Below, piece after piece: positions 32,669 through 44,921 of a DNA stretch of 64,000 nucleotides. The stretch is from Picochlorum sp. SENEW3 (lineage: Eukaryota): positions 1-64,000 of the forward strand of contig CP120453.1 in assembly GCA_034226945.1 (NCBI GenBank). Direction: 5' to 3'. The notes beneath the pieces are model-generated. The model was not told where the DNA came from. It ran no database searches and saw only the letters and a program-made list of their open reading frames with translations. Both the position numbers and the translations under genes were made by a program. Position 1 is the stretch's first letter. Each line of letters begins with the position of its first letter.

Positions 32669-35196
32669 TCAGTCGACGGTCTCTTGACTCGCTGGAATGA
32701 CACCCATTCTATACAAGAGGGGCACATCCTCCTCATCAGAGGACTCAGGCTTTTTAGCGCGTTCCTGAGATTCCTCTGTTTCATTGAATTGTATCATTTC
32801 ATCTGGGACTGCTTGTCTTCTTTGTCTTTTTCCGGTGGCAGGACCATATATGGATTCGTTTGGTGGGTGATCATCCAGTTTGGCATCCCAAGACCAAGCA
32901 GAAAGACGATTCAATTCTCTGGTTCGTCTTGCTTCTCGGCCCTTGTCTTTTCCAGGAGATGAGTGGGAAGGTTTTTCTCCGTGTCCCTTCGGATCATCTA
33001 TCGCACGCCGCTCCTCCACGCCTTCTTTTTGCATTTCATCACCACTGCCGTCGTCGTCATCATCATCAGTCAATAAAATTGGTCTCACTTTGCTCACTGC
33101 TCTGTTTCTTCCTGCTTCCTCCTGGTCATTTAGTGATCCTTCACGCGATTCAGATGCTATAGAGATACAGGAGACGGAGCGAGGGGACTTTTCCTCCCTT
33201 AGATTGCTCTGCCTCTGAGTTTCACTTGGAGGGAGTTCTTCAAAGGCAGATTCACCCCGACCTCTTCTCCATAAGGGAAATGGAAATCCAATTCGCAGGT
33301 CGTATTTGTTCAAAATATCAAATAGCAAGTTGAGCTGGCCCAAGATATGGGGTTCATCATTCTGAGTCTTTGATGGATTGTCCCACCGCCTTCGATCCCA
33401 TGAATTCTCAGTGCATTGATCCCAAAGCTTGAAAGCTCTCTTCGCTGCCCTCTGATCAGCCATATTAGGAATCTGCACAACCTTTTTTCTTGTGTCCATT
33501 CGATATATTTTCCCCATTCTGGAGTCCTCGTCAAGCATTCCATCTCGAAGCCGAAATGTATGGTCTGACACAACAGGAGCTATGGCGTCTTCAGAGAGGC
33601 TTCTAGGATTTTGCTCCTGCCCGGTATCATCAGAATCACCATCTCTCTGAGTATTTTCATGTAATTCAGGACCATCTGCGCACGTTATGTATATTTTGAA
33701 GATCACCAGTCAGAAAAATAAAATGAAAAGGAACCAATGCAAGAAAACATACCAGACTCTGAGACAACATCAATTTCTTGGACTGGCAGGACATCATGTC
33801 TATCCGACCCTGAATAGAGACCCGGAGATCGAGCTTTTCTATGCGTTTCTCTCCTCCGCATCTTTGTATCCCTTTCTTTGTCTTGCTGGACTGCAGGTAT
33901 CTTTGCAGGCTTCCGAATCCCCACATTGCTGAGGTCATAGCGATCCACCTGATTTGATGACTGTAATATGGGGGCTTTGTCTGCCTCTGTGCCTTCATTT
34001 TCACAGAGAATTTGATTCAGCCCAAAGTCATCAAGAATTTGCTGAGGTAGACATTGTTCAGGTTCCTCATGCATGTCTCTTGGGGTATCCACATCCTTGT
34101 TGCTCAACAATACATGGCCTGTTGGGAGCTTCATATGTTCAAAGAACGATTGCCGTAAAACATCATCTTCCATCAAGAGGTCACATGCAGCAGAAGAGGT
34201 TCCTTTCCAAACAGTGTAAATCTCTAGCAGCACTTCTTGAGAAAGACCCTCAATTTTGAGATATGACAAACTCGGTAGACACTTTGCCAATTTTTTGATT
34301 GCATCTGTAAAATTTCCCTGCAACTCGTCAGCGAATCCAGAAACAGTACTCAATATGAGAGATTCCAAGGTTGAACGAGACCCTGTATGTAAGGCTACAC
34401 CACAACCCAATTCTCCTTTCGACACATGGTATTCCGCCAAGACCATGAGAAGACATCCAAGTACATGAGGACTAATATCAATTGCTTCGATATTAAGGAA
34501 TCGAAGCTTGGCGTGCCTCCATAGATGCACCAGGAATGCCATGTCTGGTGTAGCAAACTCTGTCGGATCACGAAAAATCCCAGTCGATAGATCCCTTCCT
34601 ATCGAGCCATTGTGTGAGACGTCTAAATATTCCAAGTTCCAAAAGCAAGGAACAGCGTCTACATTGCCCAGCACATTCAGATGCTCAATCCCTAACTGAC
34701 AATTGTGCAACACCAAACACCTTAATCTCCACCAAGGTCCCCAGAACACAGCGTTCTGAATCATTTCTGAGAGTCCCATAACAGGTATTGGAATATCCCT
34801 CACATCAATGGTGTCAACAATGACCATGACGGGCGAATCCCGTGGTGGTGCAATGGTTGAAAATAGTGCTGCTACCTGGCCAGGTGAGCATGGGCATGAC
34901 GAATCGAATCGAATGACCGCCCCTCCTGGAATATTTGACATGGTCTGACAACTACGACTGTCCATCACAAGTTCTCCAGGTATCTCCTCCAACAGCCTTA
35001 CATGCTCACAACACTCTGGCACTTCAAACTTGGTGCACTGGTCCTTGTACAGGGTCACAAGACTGTTATTCGCTGTGGTCCCCTTTCTACCCTCGTGGCA
35101 CTTCTGCGATACATCATCAATGTCTCCATGGACTACGACATTCTCCTGTTCTACATCCTCAATAGCAGCGAGGCACAAGTCTCCCAAAGGATCCAT
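32669..35196 (-). CDS. Leucine-rich-repeat protein (RNI/TONSOKU-like LRRs) with long disordered C-terminus; intron 33752-33676
   Basis: LRR-like motifs LRCLVLHNCQL, LEYLDVSHN, LRFLNIEAIDI, LSYLKIEG. A phase-1 GTATGT..GCAG intron joins the two ORFs. Confidence 0.7.
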
Positions 35197-35438
35197 GGCA
35201 ACTTCGACCGATCACTCGGAAGAAGATCTTTGCACCCCACCAATGGCAATATATATTAATTACAGTTGTGTGTACCCTGGATCCATCGCATCCAGCCTCA
35301 GCCTTTCGAAACGCTCTCTCGAAAATTCAAAATTTGAGCGACTTTTGTTTCTCTTGTTCCTAATCCTGCGAACCAGAATGTATCCATTTACACAGTTTCA
35401 TCGCAAAATAATTTTGAATAATAATAAAATCCATGGCG

Positions 35439-38400
35439 TTAATGGCGATGGAGCCGTTCAATTGCTTTGGAGACAATGCTTGTCGAGGTTGGGGCCAGTG
35501 GGGCGCCTTGAGTCTCTCTTTGTATTCGACGAATGCACATCATCACCTCAGCAGGATCATATCCCATCTGTGTCAACTTTCTGGAGGCATCTAGAAAAGG
35601 CGATTGATCTGCAGAGAGAGGTATCTCTGTTTTCTGGTCGGCTGGCCAATGCTCTATGGATGTATGTGGAGTTGATCGAGCTACTGCTGCCTGGGAATTA
35701 ACCTTGTGTCTGGCAAACTGGATGTTCTTCAGTCGAACAACAGCCGGAAGATTCTCTGTATTCTTAGTATCCAGGAGGGAATCTACAAGATCCTTTGGCT
35801 TCGAAATGAGAACATTGAGGGCACTGTTCTCTTGCTTGCCATCTGACAAGACACAAACTGCTACTCTCATTCCATCCTTTTCAATTTTCCTCACTTTCAC
35901 AAGTCTGGATTCGATACTGAAGAGATCGCCTATATTGAGAGCATTGATGTCGCTAAGAGATCTGATTGGGCCACTTGATCCATCCATCTGGCTCTTTGTG
36001 CCCATGTTCTGTGTGGTGCCTGCACCATGGCACTCTACGGTGGCAGGTTTTGATCGTTGTAGGGTTTCTTGAATGTCAGGCAGATGCATTTGAAGAGATT
36101 TCAAAAACACGTTGCGCTCATTCTCAATCAGGAGCGTGGCCCTTTCTCCTTTCCTGCATAGAGATTCCAAGAATGGGAGACAGCACAGTGAATACCAGGC
36201 TCCTGGAGCATCTGGGCTTGAACAGCCTTTTCGTCCCTCCCCGATAGAGACATTCGCCAGGGCATCCAAAAACATGATAGACTTCTTTGCCAAGGTCCAA
36301 CCAAAATCACCTGGCCTGAAACTTGTTAAAGAAAACTCTTGTTGCTTTTGTGAAAATGCTCGCGGAATGATGTCGCACAGTGATATATTTGAATGTAGAC
36401 TTTCCACAACGTCTAGGGATGGAGGCCTTCCTAGGGCTCCAAGAGCACTGTTATATGATTCCGAAAGCGCCTGGGATGTGCTAGGCTTGAACAGCTCCAG
36501 CCCAGGGATGGAGGGCAATATTTGGCTGTACAAGTACTCGGCTTCCAGCAACACACCCGGCAAGACTGTTTGAGGAAATCTACTAGACACCATCCGAAGT
36601 GCTTCTCGAGATGCTGTCCTCCAAAATACTTCATAGAGAGAGCTAATCTGATCCCGTGCCTCTCCATGAATCGGAACAAGACCAGGATGCGACTTCAGAA
36701 CAAATTGTAACAGGTGAAGGAGCTCATGTCTTGCTGGCAAGGAGTCTCCATCACCTGCTTGAGAGAAAATGCTGATCCAGGTCGTCATCATCAAATTGAA
36801 ACAGGACTTTAGCCGATGTATGGATCGCATTTCAGGCCTGGAAAATAGAGCGTACGCCAATCTTAAAGCATTCACAGCAAATTTCTCACTGCTCTGGTTG
36901 CGATGATTTGCCTTCAAAACATATCTTCTAATGTGTGTGGCTAGAATGTACTGATATAAATCCACCGCATTCGAACATTCATGTTCTTCCATTTTGACCT
37001 CGAAGATTGATGCGCTGACTTTGTCGTACAAAGCTGTATCAAAAGGAGTAATCATTGTGTCCCCATTGCTCATCTCGATAATGCCTGATATGACAATCCA
37101 TAATGGTTCAAGAAACTCCGCCTCTGGTCCTTCTGGATTTATGCGTAACTGATTTGCCAAATGCATAAACTCGCGTAGCGTCCCACATGCTCCCGATTCC
37201 AGCTCTTGTCGAATGTCACCCTCTGTGGAGAGCATGTCCAAGTCAGAGGTCCCATCTTCACGAGTAGAATTCACAGAGCATCGTTTCTGAATGGTCCAAA
37301 ATCCCTCAACGGTCCATATTGCACATCGACGAAACAGCCTTCGGAGCTCTTTCCCAGCAGGCATCGAACAGGACATCAATGGTGCCAAGGGATCCAGGAA
37401 ATGAAGGATGGCCTGCATGACTGACCTCTGCCATTTCAATAAAGCCTTGTCAGCGTTGAAAGAAGTTTGAATAATTTCTCGACGCCTTTCCTCCAGACAC
37501 TCATCCAGAAGCAATAAGATACCAGGAAGTCGATGGCGTAAATGGCCACTCATGACAGCCTCTCCAAAATGTCTCAACAAAGCTCCCCGCCGGTTGCCCT
37601 TTGCATCGGACCGAAAGTCAAAGGTGCCATCAGAAAGAGAGGGAAGTATTCCAGATGTATGGCGAGCCAAAATTGTCGTCAAATACCACGAACATTCGTG
37701 CCGTCCGAAATCCAGCACGGAGAGTAACCACATCCTGAGAATACTGGGCAGATTCATTTCATTCTTGAGCACATCAGGAGCATTTTCTAGTGTATGCGCC
37801 AGAAGATATAAGGAAAAATTTCGATAACGCAAATTTGCATACTTCCAATACTGCGAAAAAGAATACGGCTCTGTAGCTTTGGATTCTATGGCTGACCAGG
37901 AGACTGTATTTGATTGGATTTGCAGTGCGTAACACCTAGCCAAGACTTCCACCTTTTCACTTCCCAATCCTTCTGTCCTGCATTTCTCAGTGAAGATATT
38001 TGGACGTGACCTTCCCCACAAATGGTAGTCCTTCTGCACAAGGCATTCTAAGCGAGGGACAACCTCTGATCCAAGATAATGGACCAGATTTTCTCTATCC
38101 CTGATAACCATATTTCTCTCCTCAGCAGTCATTCCTACATTTTCACTCATGCAAGTTTCACGCCCAATTTCTATCATCTGCAATGTAAAATAATCCATCG
38201 ATGAATTAAAATGTCCACAATATAAGCAGCGATATTAAAACACGCACCGTGCAGAGAAGGGTGAAACCACTGCGAATGATAACTTTTGGAAAGGTCTGGT
38301 TCACATTGAACAGCATATCTGTCAGCCGCTCTGTAAGTATGTGATGTGATTTAGTTCCAAGATATGTGCAAAGTTCAGTAGCCCTGTCAATTCCAAGGAG

Positions 38401-40815
38401 TAAAACTTCGTGCAAGGAGGCATACATGACTGACAAATCAGTGAAGACATCAACAAGTTTCTTTCCTCTCATACGGTCATTGTACGTCCATCCACTTATA
38501 GAGCAGTCATCTACAGGCATGACTTTGTTCTCTACAATGGCATCTAGTAAAGGCAATGCTGTTCTCATATCATTCGCGATTGATCCTAGCGTGTCTCCTA
38601 TGTTTTGCAGCGCAGCTGGACTGCAGAGTCTCCTCTTCTCAAGTATTGCTACGAGTTCCAGTCTTCCTCTTAAGAGTAGGGCTTTTGTATGTGGACTACT
38701 AGATTCAAAATCCACGAAAGGCTCTGATCCCAACAGCCGCTTTTCAATCCTCCAGGTAACGTCGTCTTCTGGCAGAATTCTTGACAGATATGTTAGCAGT
38801 TCAACTGCTCTCCTCACACCGCCTATACTTGTCAGAGTCCCCGGATACTTTCGGTCTTCTTCAATGTCATCGCGGCAGTATTTGACCGTCACATCCTCAG
38901 TCACCAATGACTCGGCTGACCTCAGCACCTTCTGGAGCATGCTCTGAGTGCATTCGTACTGCACATGGCCAAACAAATGGTGTGGTAAAAACGGAGATTA
39001 GGAAGACTGACCAAGAGCATCAAGCAATGTAGGCAAACGTACCATCTTTTCATACATATCGCGGTCTGATGACGTATCTATCAACTGCATATGTGACTGG
39101 GAGACGTCTGGATGAAACTTGTAGAATGTCTTCACAGCATCAATAGTTGACATTGCCCTCAGGCACAAGGAATTCCACACAAACTCATCCGCATACGTGA
39201 GTTTAGTGGTCTCATTGGCTTTCAACGGTATTAATTGATTACTAAAGTCACCGTATTGTTGCGGTCTTTCAGGCTGGGGTGGCGTCGGACTAGATGCCAT
39301 GCAGCCTGCATGAGAAACTGAGTTTTTCTTGTTTGCTATTGGACTGACATTCTCCTCCTCAAGCTCAGCACTGCAGCAGGCATCTTCTTCTCCTTCCAGA
39401 TTGCCTGTTTCTTCTTCTTGTTCTAAATTATATCTTGTCGGAGATACATATGAGGGATCAGAGCGCTGTCTGGAATGCTTTGTTGTAGATGCACCCCTTG
39501 GCCGTTTCGGTGGAAGCAAGTTTTCCCCAACTTTGGGCGCTCTTTGGCGCTTCCTAGGACCAGAACCCACCGCCGTCACTGTATTAATGTGCCTAGTCAA
39601 AGATTTATTCGAGTAAAGAGCCGAGGCAGGAATATCGTCATGTTCTGCTACCGACAACCTGATTCCCATGGTCTCTGACACCCTTGGTTGTGATTTGTTG
39701 TCCTCCTCTTCCTCCTCATCAATGTCCTTCAAATCGTCATCTAGAATACATAAAAATTTCGAAGTTTTCGTAGGCTCCTTGTCAGGATTACTGAAGCCCG
39801 CAGTTAATCGGCTGAACATTGAAGCCTGTGCAGGAGTTCCCAGATCACGTACTATTTCTGTGATTTCCTTTTCTAGTCGTGGTTTTGAAGCAATCTCTAA
39901 AGCCTTCCTTCGAGTCCTCTCCCCTTTAAATTGGAGCGGGAGCTCAGCTTGTCGAAGAATACGCCTTCTATTACTAGGTAAATCCTCTCCACCCTGAGCA
40001 GGCTGTTCTTCTGCAGCAATGCTACGAGATACAAGCGCCTTGTTCTTCCTCCTTCTCCGCTCCCGACCCAACAATTGATCTATTGGCGCAGCTGATGCCT
40101 GATCGCTAAGATGAGTCAGCACTAGATAATGAGCAACCGACTTATACCCCTGCTCTTTGGCCTCATGAGACAGCTGATTTGTTGGAAACCAGCCCCTCTT
40201 TATCCTCATGCAGTTTGCTCCAGAGCAGTTGCATATATCCCTACATGCAGGACACACCCAATCCTTTCTGCCCCGAACTTCATCAATATTCTCTCCGATA
40301 CGAAGCCAAAGGCAAGATCCACACCAATATCCCCGAGCAGGCCCTCCATAGTAATTGTTCACCCCATCACACACAGAGCACACTGTCTTTGGCTCTGTGC
40401 TCCTCTGCCGACAAAAATGGCAAGACTTGCAACCATACGGACAAGGTTTAGGATGCACCTTGGCACAGAGTTTGTTCGCTCTTGGCTTACTGTATGGCCG
40501 CGATGGAACAAACTGATACAGCCTCTTCAAATGCTCTACAGAGTAGGACTCCCTCTGTGACATGGGCTGCTTCTCCTGTTCCTCCCGAAGAGACGACAGC
40601 AGCGGACCAATCTTGGTCGACTGCTTCACATCATCCCAGTCGACGTCATGCGCAGTATCAGACCCGTCGTCGCTGTCTTCTAGAGAGATGATGTCTGGAC
40701 TTGTCACCTCCACAACCTCCACGCCTTGCTCTTCCACCGGAGCGTCCCCATGAGTCTCTATATCTTCACGTCTGTCTCTAATTCTTTCGAAAAACTCCAA
40801 AAAGGGCTGAGACAT
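35439..40815 (-). CDS. ~1740-aa protein: CDCA7-type zf-4CXXC_R1 + MMS22/Mus7-like helical region + OB-fold-like + UBA-like; exons 40815-39043, 38958-38248, 38177-35439
   Basis: CHFCRQR..C..C..WCGSCLWLRIGE..WVCPACRDICNCS..C zinc finger (confident). Two phase-0 GT-AG introns join three ORFs. The other domain calls are weaker. Confidence 0.78.
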
Positions 40816-41076
40816 GGCGTATCTTCTGAATCACCGAAACACATCCAATCTCCACGTGACTCTTGTGGCATAACTCGCCATTCCCATGTACTCTTGTTAA
40901 CTAATAATATCATAAAAGTAGTATTCAAGTGCTTGTGGGATGCATCTGTGAGGAATCAATTCTGCAAAGCTCAACCAGGATTTGAATTACAGGTGCGCCA
41001 GGGCGCCTCCGAGGAGTCCGATCGAGGGCCATGGCCATGGCCATCATCAAGATGCATCATCCCTCCGCTTTTGGAT

Positions 41077-42096
41077 ATGGATACATATAGTAAATTTGAA
41101 CCAATGCGCATCTCGAGGAAGGATTTGTCGGATATTGTGTCAGCCTGGTGTCCTGTATTTTACTTAAATCACTCGGATGTGTATGGGCCTTGTTCTTTTG
41201 ATTTCTTCATTGAGAATAGCAAACTGGTACACCGAACAGACTCTAATGAAGACATAGTCTTGGTAGAGAGGGGTTTATTGCGCTCAGAGGTACTCGCTGA
41301 GCACAGCAACAGTGCAAGACCTGACAGGTTGTGGTTGGCTCTTTGTGAGAGTGCTCGGCGGGGACAGCCGGGCCATATCGACGATGTTCCTGTGTATGCG
41401 CATGTCAAAGCTATTAGAAAATACACGGAAGGACCAGCAGAGGAATGCTATGAGGCTTTGGAGATTACATACATTACCATGTTTGCACACAATGGTCCCT
41501 ATCATGTGCTTGGGGCCAGGGTTGGAGCACACGATGGGGATATCGAGCATATCACGGTTCGGATAGATCCTCATGATTATAGTCTGATTGGTGTGTGGTA
41601 TAATGCTCACCGAAACCATGATGGTAGTTGGGTGTATGCGGACAGAGTAGAGATGGATGGTGATTGTCAAAGAATTGTGAGTTACATTGCCAGGCATGGG
41701 CACGGGCATTACCCAGAGCCCAGAACAATATATAGGCATTTTTTCCTAGGAAATGATGTGATGAAGCGCGAGAAGCGCTGGGACCCGAGGAGGGTCATCC
41801 TGTTGCCTACATGGAAGGACGTGGGACATGAAACAGTCGAGCTTTGCATGGCTGCATCACGAGGTTGCCAAGCACGCACGAAACTCCCATATTGTGCTCC
41901 ATCGTCCAATCATAGACCTAGTATTGTGGACACAGATCCGTGCGCATGGCTGCGCTTCAAAGGGTTCTATGGGGAAGGAAATGGAGCAGCAGCCCCTGTG
42001 ATGCAATGTTGGTTCCTCAATGCCGAGCCACCATGCAGTAGGCACCCGCTTCTGCGCTTATTTTGTCACTTTTGGCCCGAGACTGCTTCCATCTAA
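41077..42096 (+). CDS. Vps62-related protein
   Basis: PVFYLNHSDVYGPCSFDFF, MFAHNG, GAHDGDIEHITVR, YIARHGHGHYP. Confidence 0.8.
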   Translation: MDTYSKFEPMRISRKDLSDIVSAWCPVFYLNHSDVYGPCSFDFFIENSKLVHRTDSNEDIVLVERGLLRSEVLAEHSNSARPDRLWLALCESARRGQPGHIDDVPVYAHVKAIRKYTEGPAEECYEALEITYITMFAHNGPYHVLGARVGAHDGDIEHITVRIDPHDYSLIGVWYNAHRNHDGSWVYADRVEMDGDCQRIVSYIARHGHGHYPEPRTIYRHFFLGNDVMKREKRWDPRRVILLPTWKDVGHETVELCMAASRGCQARTKLPYCAPSSNHRPSIVDTDPCAWLRFKGFYGEGNGAAAPVMQCWFLNAEPPCSRHPLLRLFCHFWPETASI

Positions 42097-42106
42097 TCTA
42101 CCTGTA

Positions 42107-43241
42107 TCATTCTTCTTTCTTGGTGCCCTCATCATCTTCCTCCCGAATGTCATCAAGCTTACCTCCAGGTGTCAGCGATTTCACAATAATCCGCATGATG
42201 AGGTAGGACCAATATATGTGCAAGAGGTACAGGAAAATGAGCAATCCATTCAGGATGGATACATGTGGCTCGATATCGACTCCGCCAACTTGCTTTGCTC
42301 TCTCATACGTGTCTGTCAATGTAGAGCGAATAACAATGAAACCAAATGCATAGATTCGGGTGGCAAACCAGCTAAGTGCAAACATGATGAACCAAAATAC
42401 ACTCATCCACTCTGGAGCTTTGGCATATCTTGCCATTTTAGCTGCTTCTAAGAAGATGTCATTCATCTCATGACAGGCAAGGACGAGCACTCCAATGTGC
42501 AACAGACTGCATGCATCATTCGTGATTATAGCAACGGTTCTCTTGAACGCGATACAATTGTCATACATATAATAATACGTACTGGAGATAGTATGAGTAC
42601 CCAATCAGGATGACGGTGGCCACATGATGGGCAAACAACTGCCATCTGTCATGCCTCTTTGTTTCCCACAGGAATATCATGGGAATGGCCTGTGAGTAAA
42701 ACGCAAGCTCGAATCTGTAAATAAATCTCTCACCAGGACTAACTATCTGGCCCATACAAGGCAGGTCAAAGCATTCCGAATAGCATAGTTTGAGATTCCA
42801 GAACCAAGCCTTTGGGAGTGCCACATACAGGATAACAACCGAGAAGGCAATCTGCACCCCACACTTGTATGCCGACTCTTTGAACTTCTCATATCTGTCC
42901 GATGTATCTTTTGAGAGATTCTTAAGGTCTGATGGAATCCTGAGAGCGAAGCAAGACAACCACTGCATGGAAAAGGTCGCATGTCGAGTCAACTGACGAA
43001 GGACAAGAATTCGGGATTCTCAACGTACATGATAGACTGTCTTATCCAGTATATATCTCACAATAGGGAACAGAATGGCAATTATGGTCGCAATCACGTA
43101 GTCCATGGCCTTTTCCTGAGGCAGACTAGGGAAGTAGTCTGTTAATGCTTGCACTGGCCAATCTACGAGCGTAGTCATCTTGGTTGCAAAAAAGTCTGAA
43201 AAAAAGTACCATCTGCTTGGTGGGTCGTCGAAGCCTTTCAT
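42107..43241 (-). CDS. LAG1: Ceramide synthase (LAG1/TLC domain); exons 43241-43029, 42962-42583, 42506-42107
   Basis: KFKESAYK, WETKRHD..FAHHVAT..LIGYSY, HEMNDIFLEAAK, DDIRE. Confidence 0.92.
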
Positions 43242-43570
43242 CCATCCATGATTGACTGAGTGGCAGCAGCAATCATCAAGAGCAGTCTTTTCTTTTTAAA
43301 CCTTTTTGATGGTGGATCATCGATGAGATTTTTGGCGAACCTACACAGGATGGATGGATATCTATGATGCCAATTGATCATGATTTCTCTGTCGTTTCAA
43401 TGCTATATCGCAGGATTGAGAAGCACATGTCATGATAGTATCTCGATTACATTGTACACCATACTATGCATATAAAATGATGACGATGCAATCGTACGAG
43501 TAAGAGAAAAATAGGCACCATCACCATGCGTCAAGATGACGATGATGTCGAATATATCATGGGAAAGAAA

Positions 43571-44564
43571 TTAGATGGCAGAGAAGTACTCCTTAGAACC
43601 TTCTGGGTCTGGCTTCATGGTCTTCTCTCCTGGCTTCCATCCAGCTGGGCAAACCTCATCTGGGTTGTCCTGGACATACTGGAGAGCCTGGAGCACACGG
43701 AGGGTCTCATCGACATTTCTCCCGAATGCCAAGTTGTTGATGGTGGAGTGCTGGATGACTCCCTCCTTGTCAATGATGAAGAGTCCACGAAGAGCAACTC
43801 CATCCTCGGACAAGACTCCATAAGCCTCTGAGATTTCTCTCTTGAGATCAGAGACCAATGGATAGGCGAGGTCTCCGAGTCCTCCCTCATTACGTGGGGT
43901 CTGCACCCAGGCAAGATGAGAGAACTGAGAGTCGACAGAGACTCCGAGAACCTCTGTGTTCAGGTTCTTGAACTCTTCGTATCTGTCAGAGAAGGCTGTA
44001 ATCTCAGTTGGGCACACAAAAGTAAAGTCCAATGGGTAGAAGAAGAGGACGATATACTTTCCCTTGTACTTGTCGAGGGAAACATCGATGAACTCCTGGT
44101 CATACACAGCAGTGGTGCTGAAATCTGGAGCGGCATTTCCCACAAGTGGAGCCTGCACATGGAATTGAGCACAGAGTCAGCACACAGAGGTCGGATCTCA
44201 GCCACACCATTACAATGTCCCATAGAGACACATCCAAATGCATCCCACTATGATCCATATGAAATAATCAAGCACATTAAATTCCCCATGCGGAATATTG
44301 GGCTACAGAACGAGTTCCTACTACGATTCTGTGGCGATCAGACGTCTGACAGAGCGCCACCGATCTCGACGTATACACCATCATTGTGGACAGATCTCCG
44401 CCACATTGCGAATCAAACATGATTTATCAACGTACCACGGCCTTGCAGGTAGTATCCACGGACACACGGCGAGACACACCAGCAACCTTGAGGGCAGCAG
44501 CTGGGCGTCCAGCACGAACAGCAGTGGAAGATGGCACAGATGCCACGCGCATTGTCTTCATCAT
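43571..44564 (-). CDS. Plastid 2-Cys peroxiredoxin; exons 44564-44436 (transit peptide), 44152-43571
   Basis: [15 protein letters not shown] and [11 protein letters not shown]. Confidence 0.97.
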
Positions 44565-44921
44565 CTTTACTTTTGTTTTATTATTGGGGTTGTATCAAAG
44601 AAAAACAAATGCTGCTTCTGGATGAGCCCAGATCGCTCATCTATCCTGTCTCATCTCATCGCGACGATCGTCTGGCCCAAAAAGGCGCCACCAAAGGAAG
44701 GCGCCCTGTTTCCTTTGCATAGGATGAAGAAGGGGAGAAAGACCAGAGGTTTCGGTATTCCATCGGATATAATGGTATCAGTGAATGATCCATCAAAGAT
44801 ACAAGGGTCAAAAATATGACAACATGACCAGATCTTTTCTCCATGGGGTTGTTAACGCCCAGTCTGTAAACAGTGACTGAACACTGTATTTCAAACTCCT
44901 GGGGAGTCATTACAGCACTGT

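Noticed and set aside
40726..41076. N-terminal extension of the Vps62 ORF overlapping the zinc-finger gene start
   Set aside because: Non-ATG start. Family similarity begins after ATG 41077, so this is likely the shared promoter.
42993..43028. 36-nt mini-intron in LAG1
   Set aside because: The acceptor at 42963 gives a typical 66-nt intron in the same frame and a better family fit.
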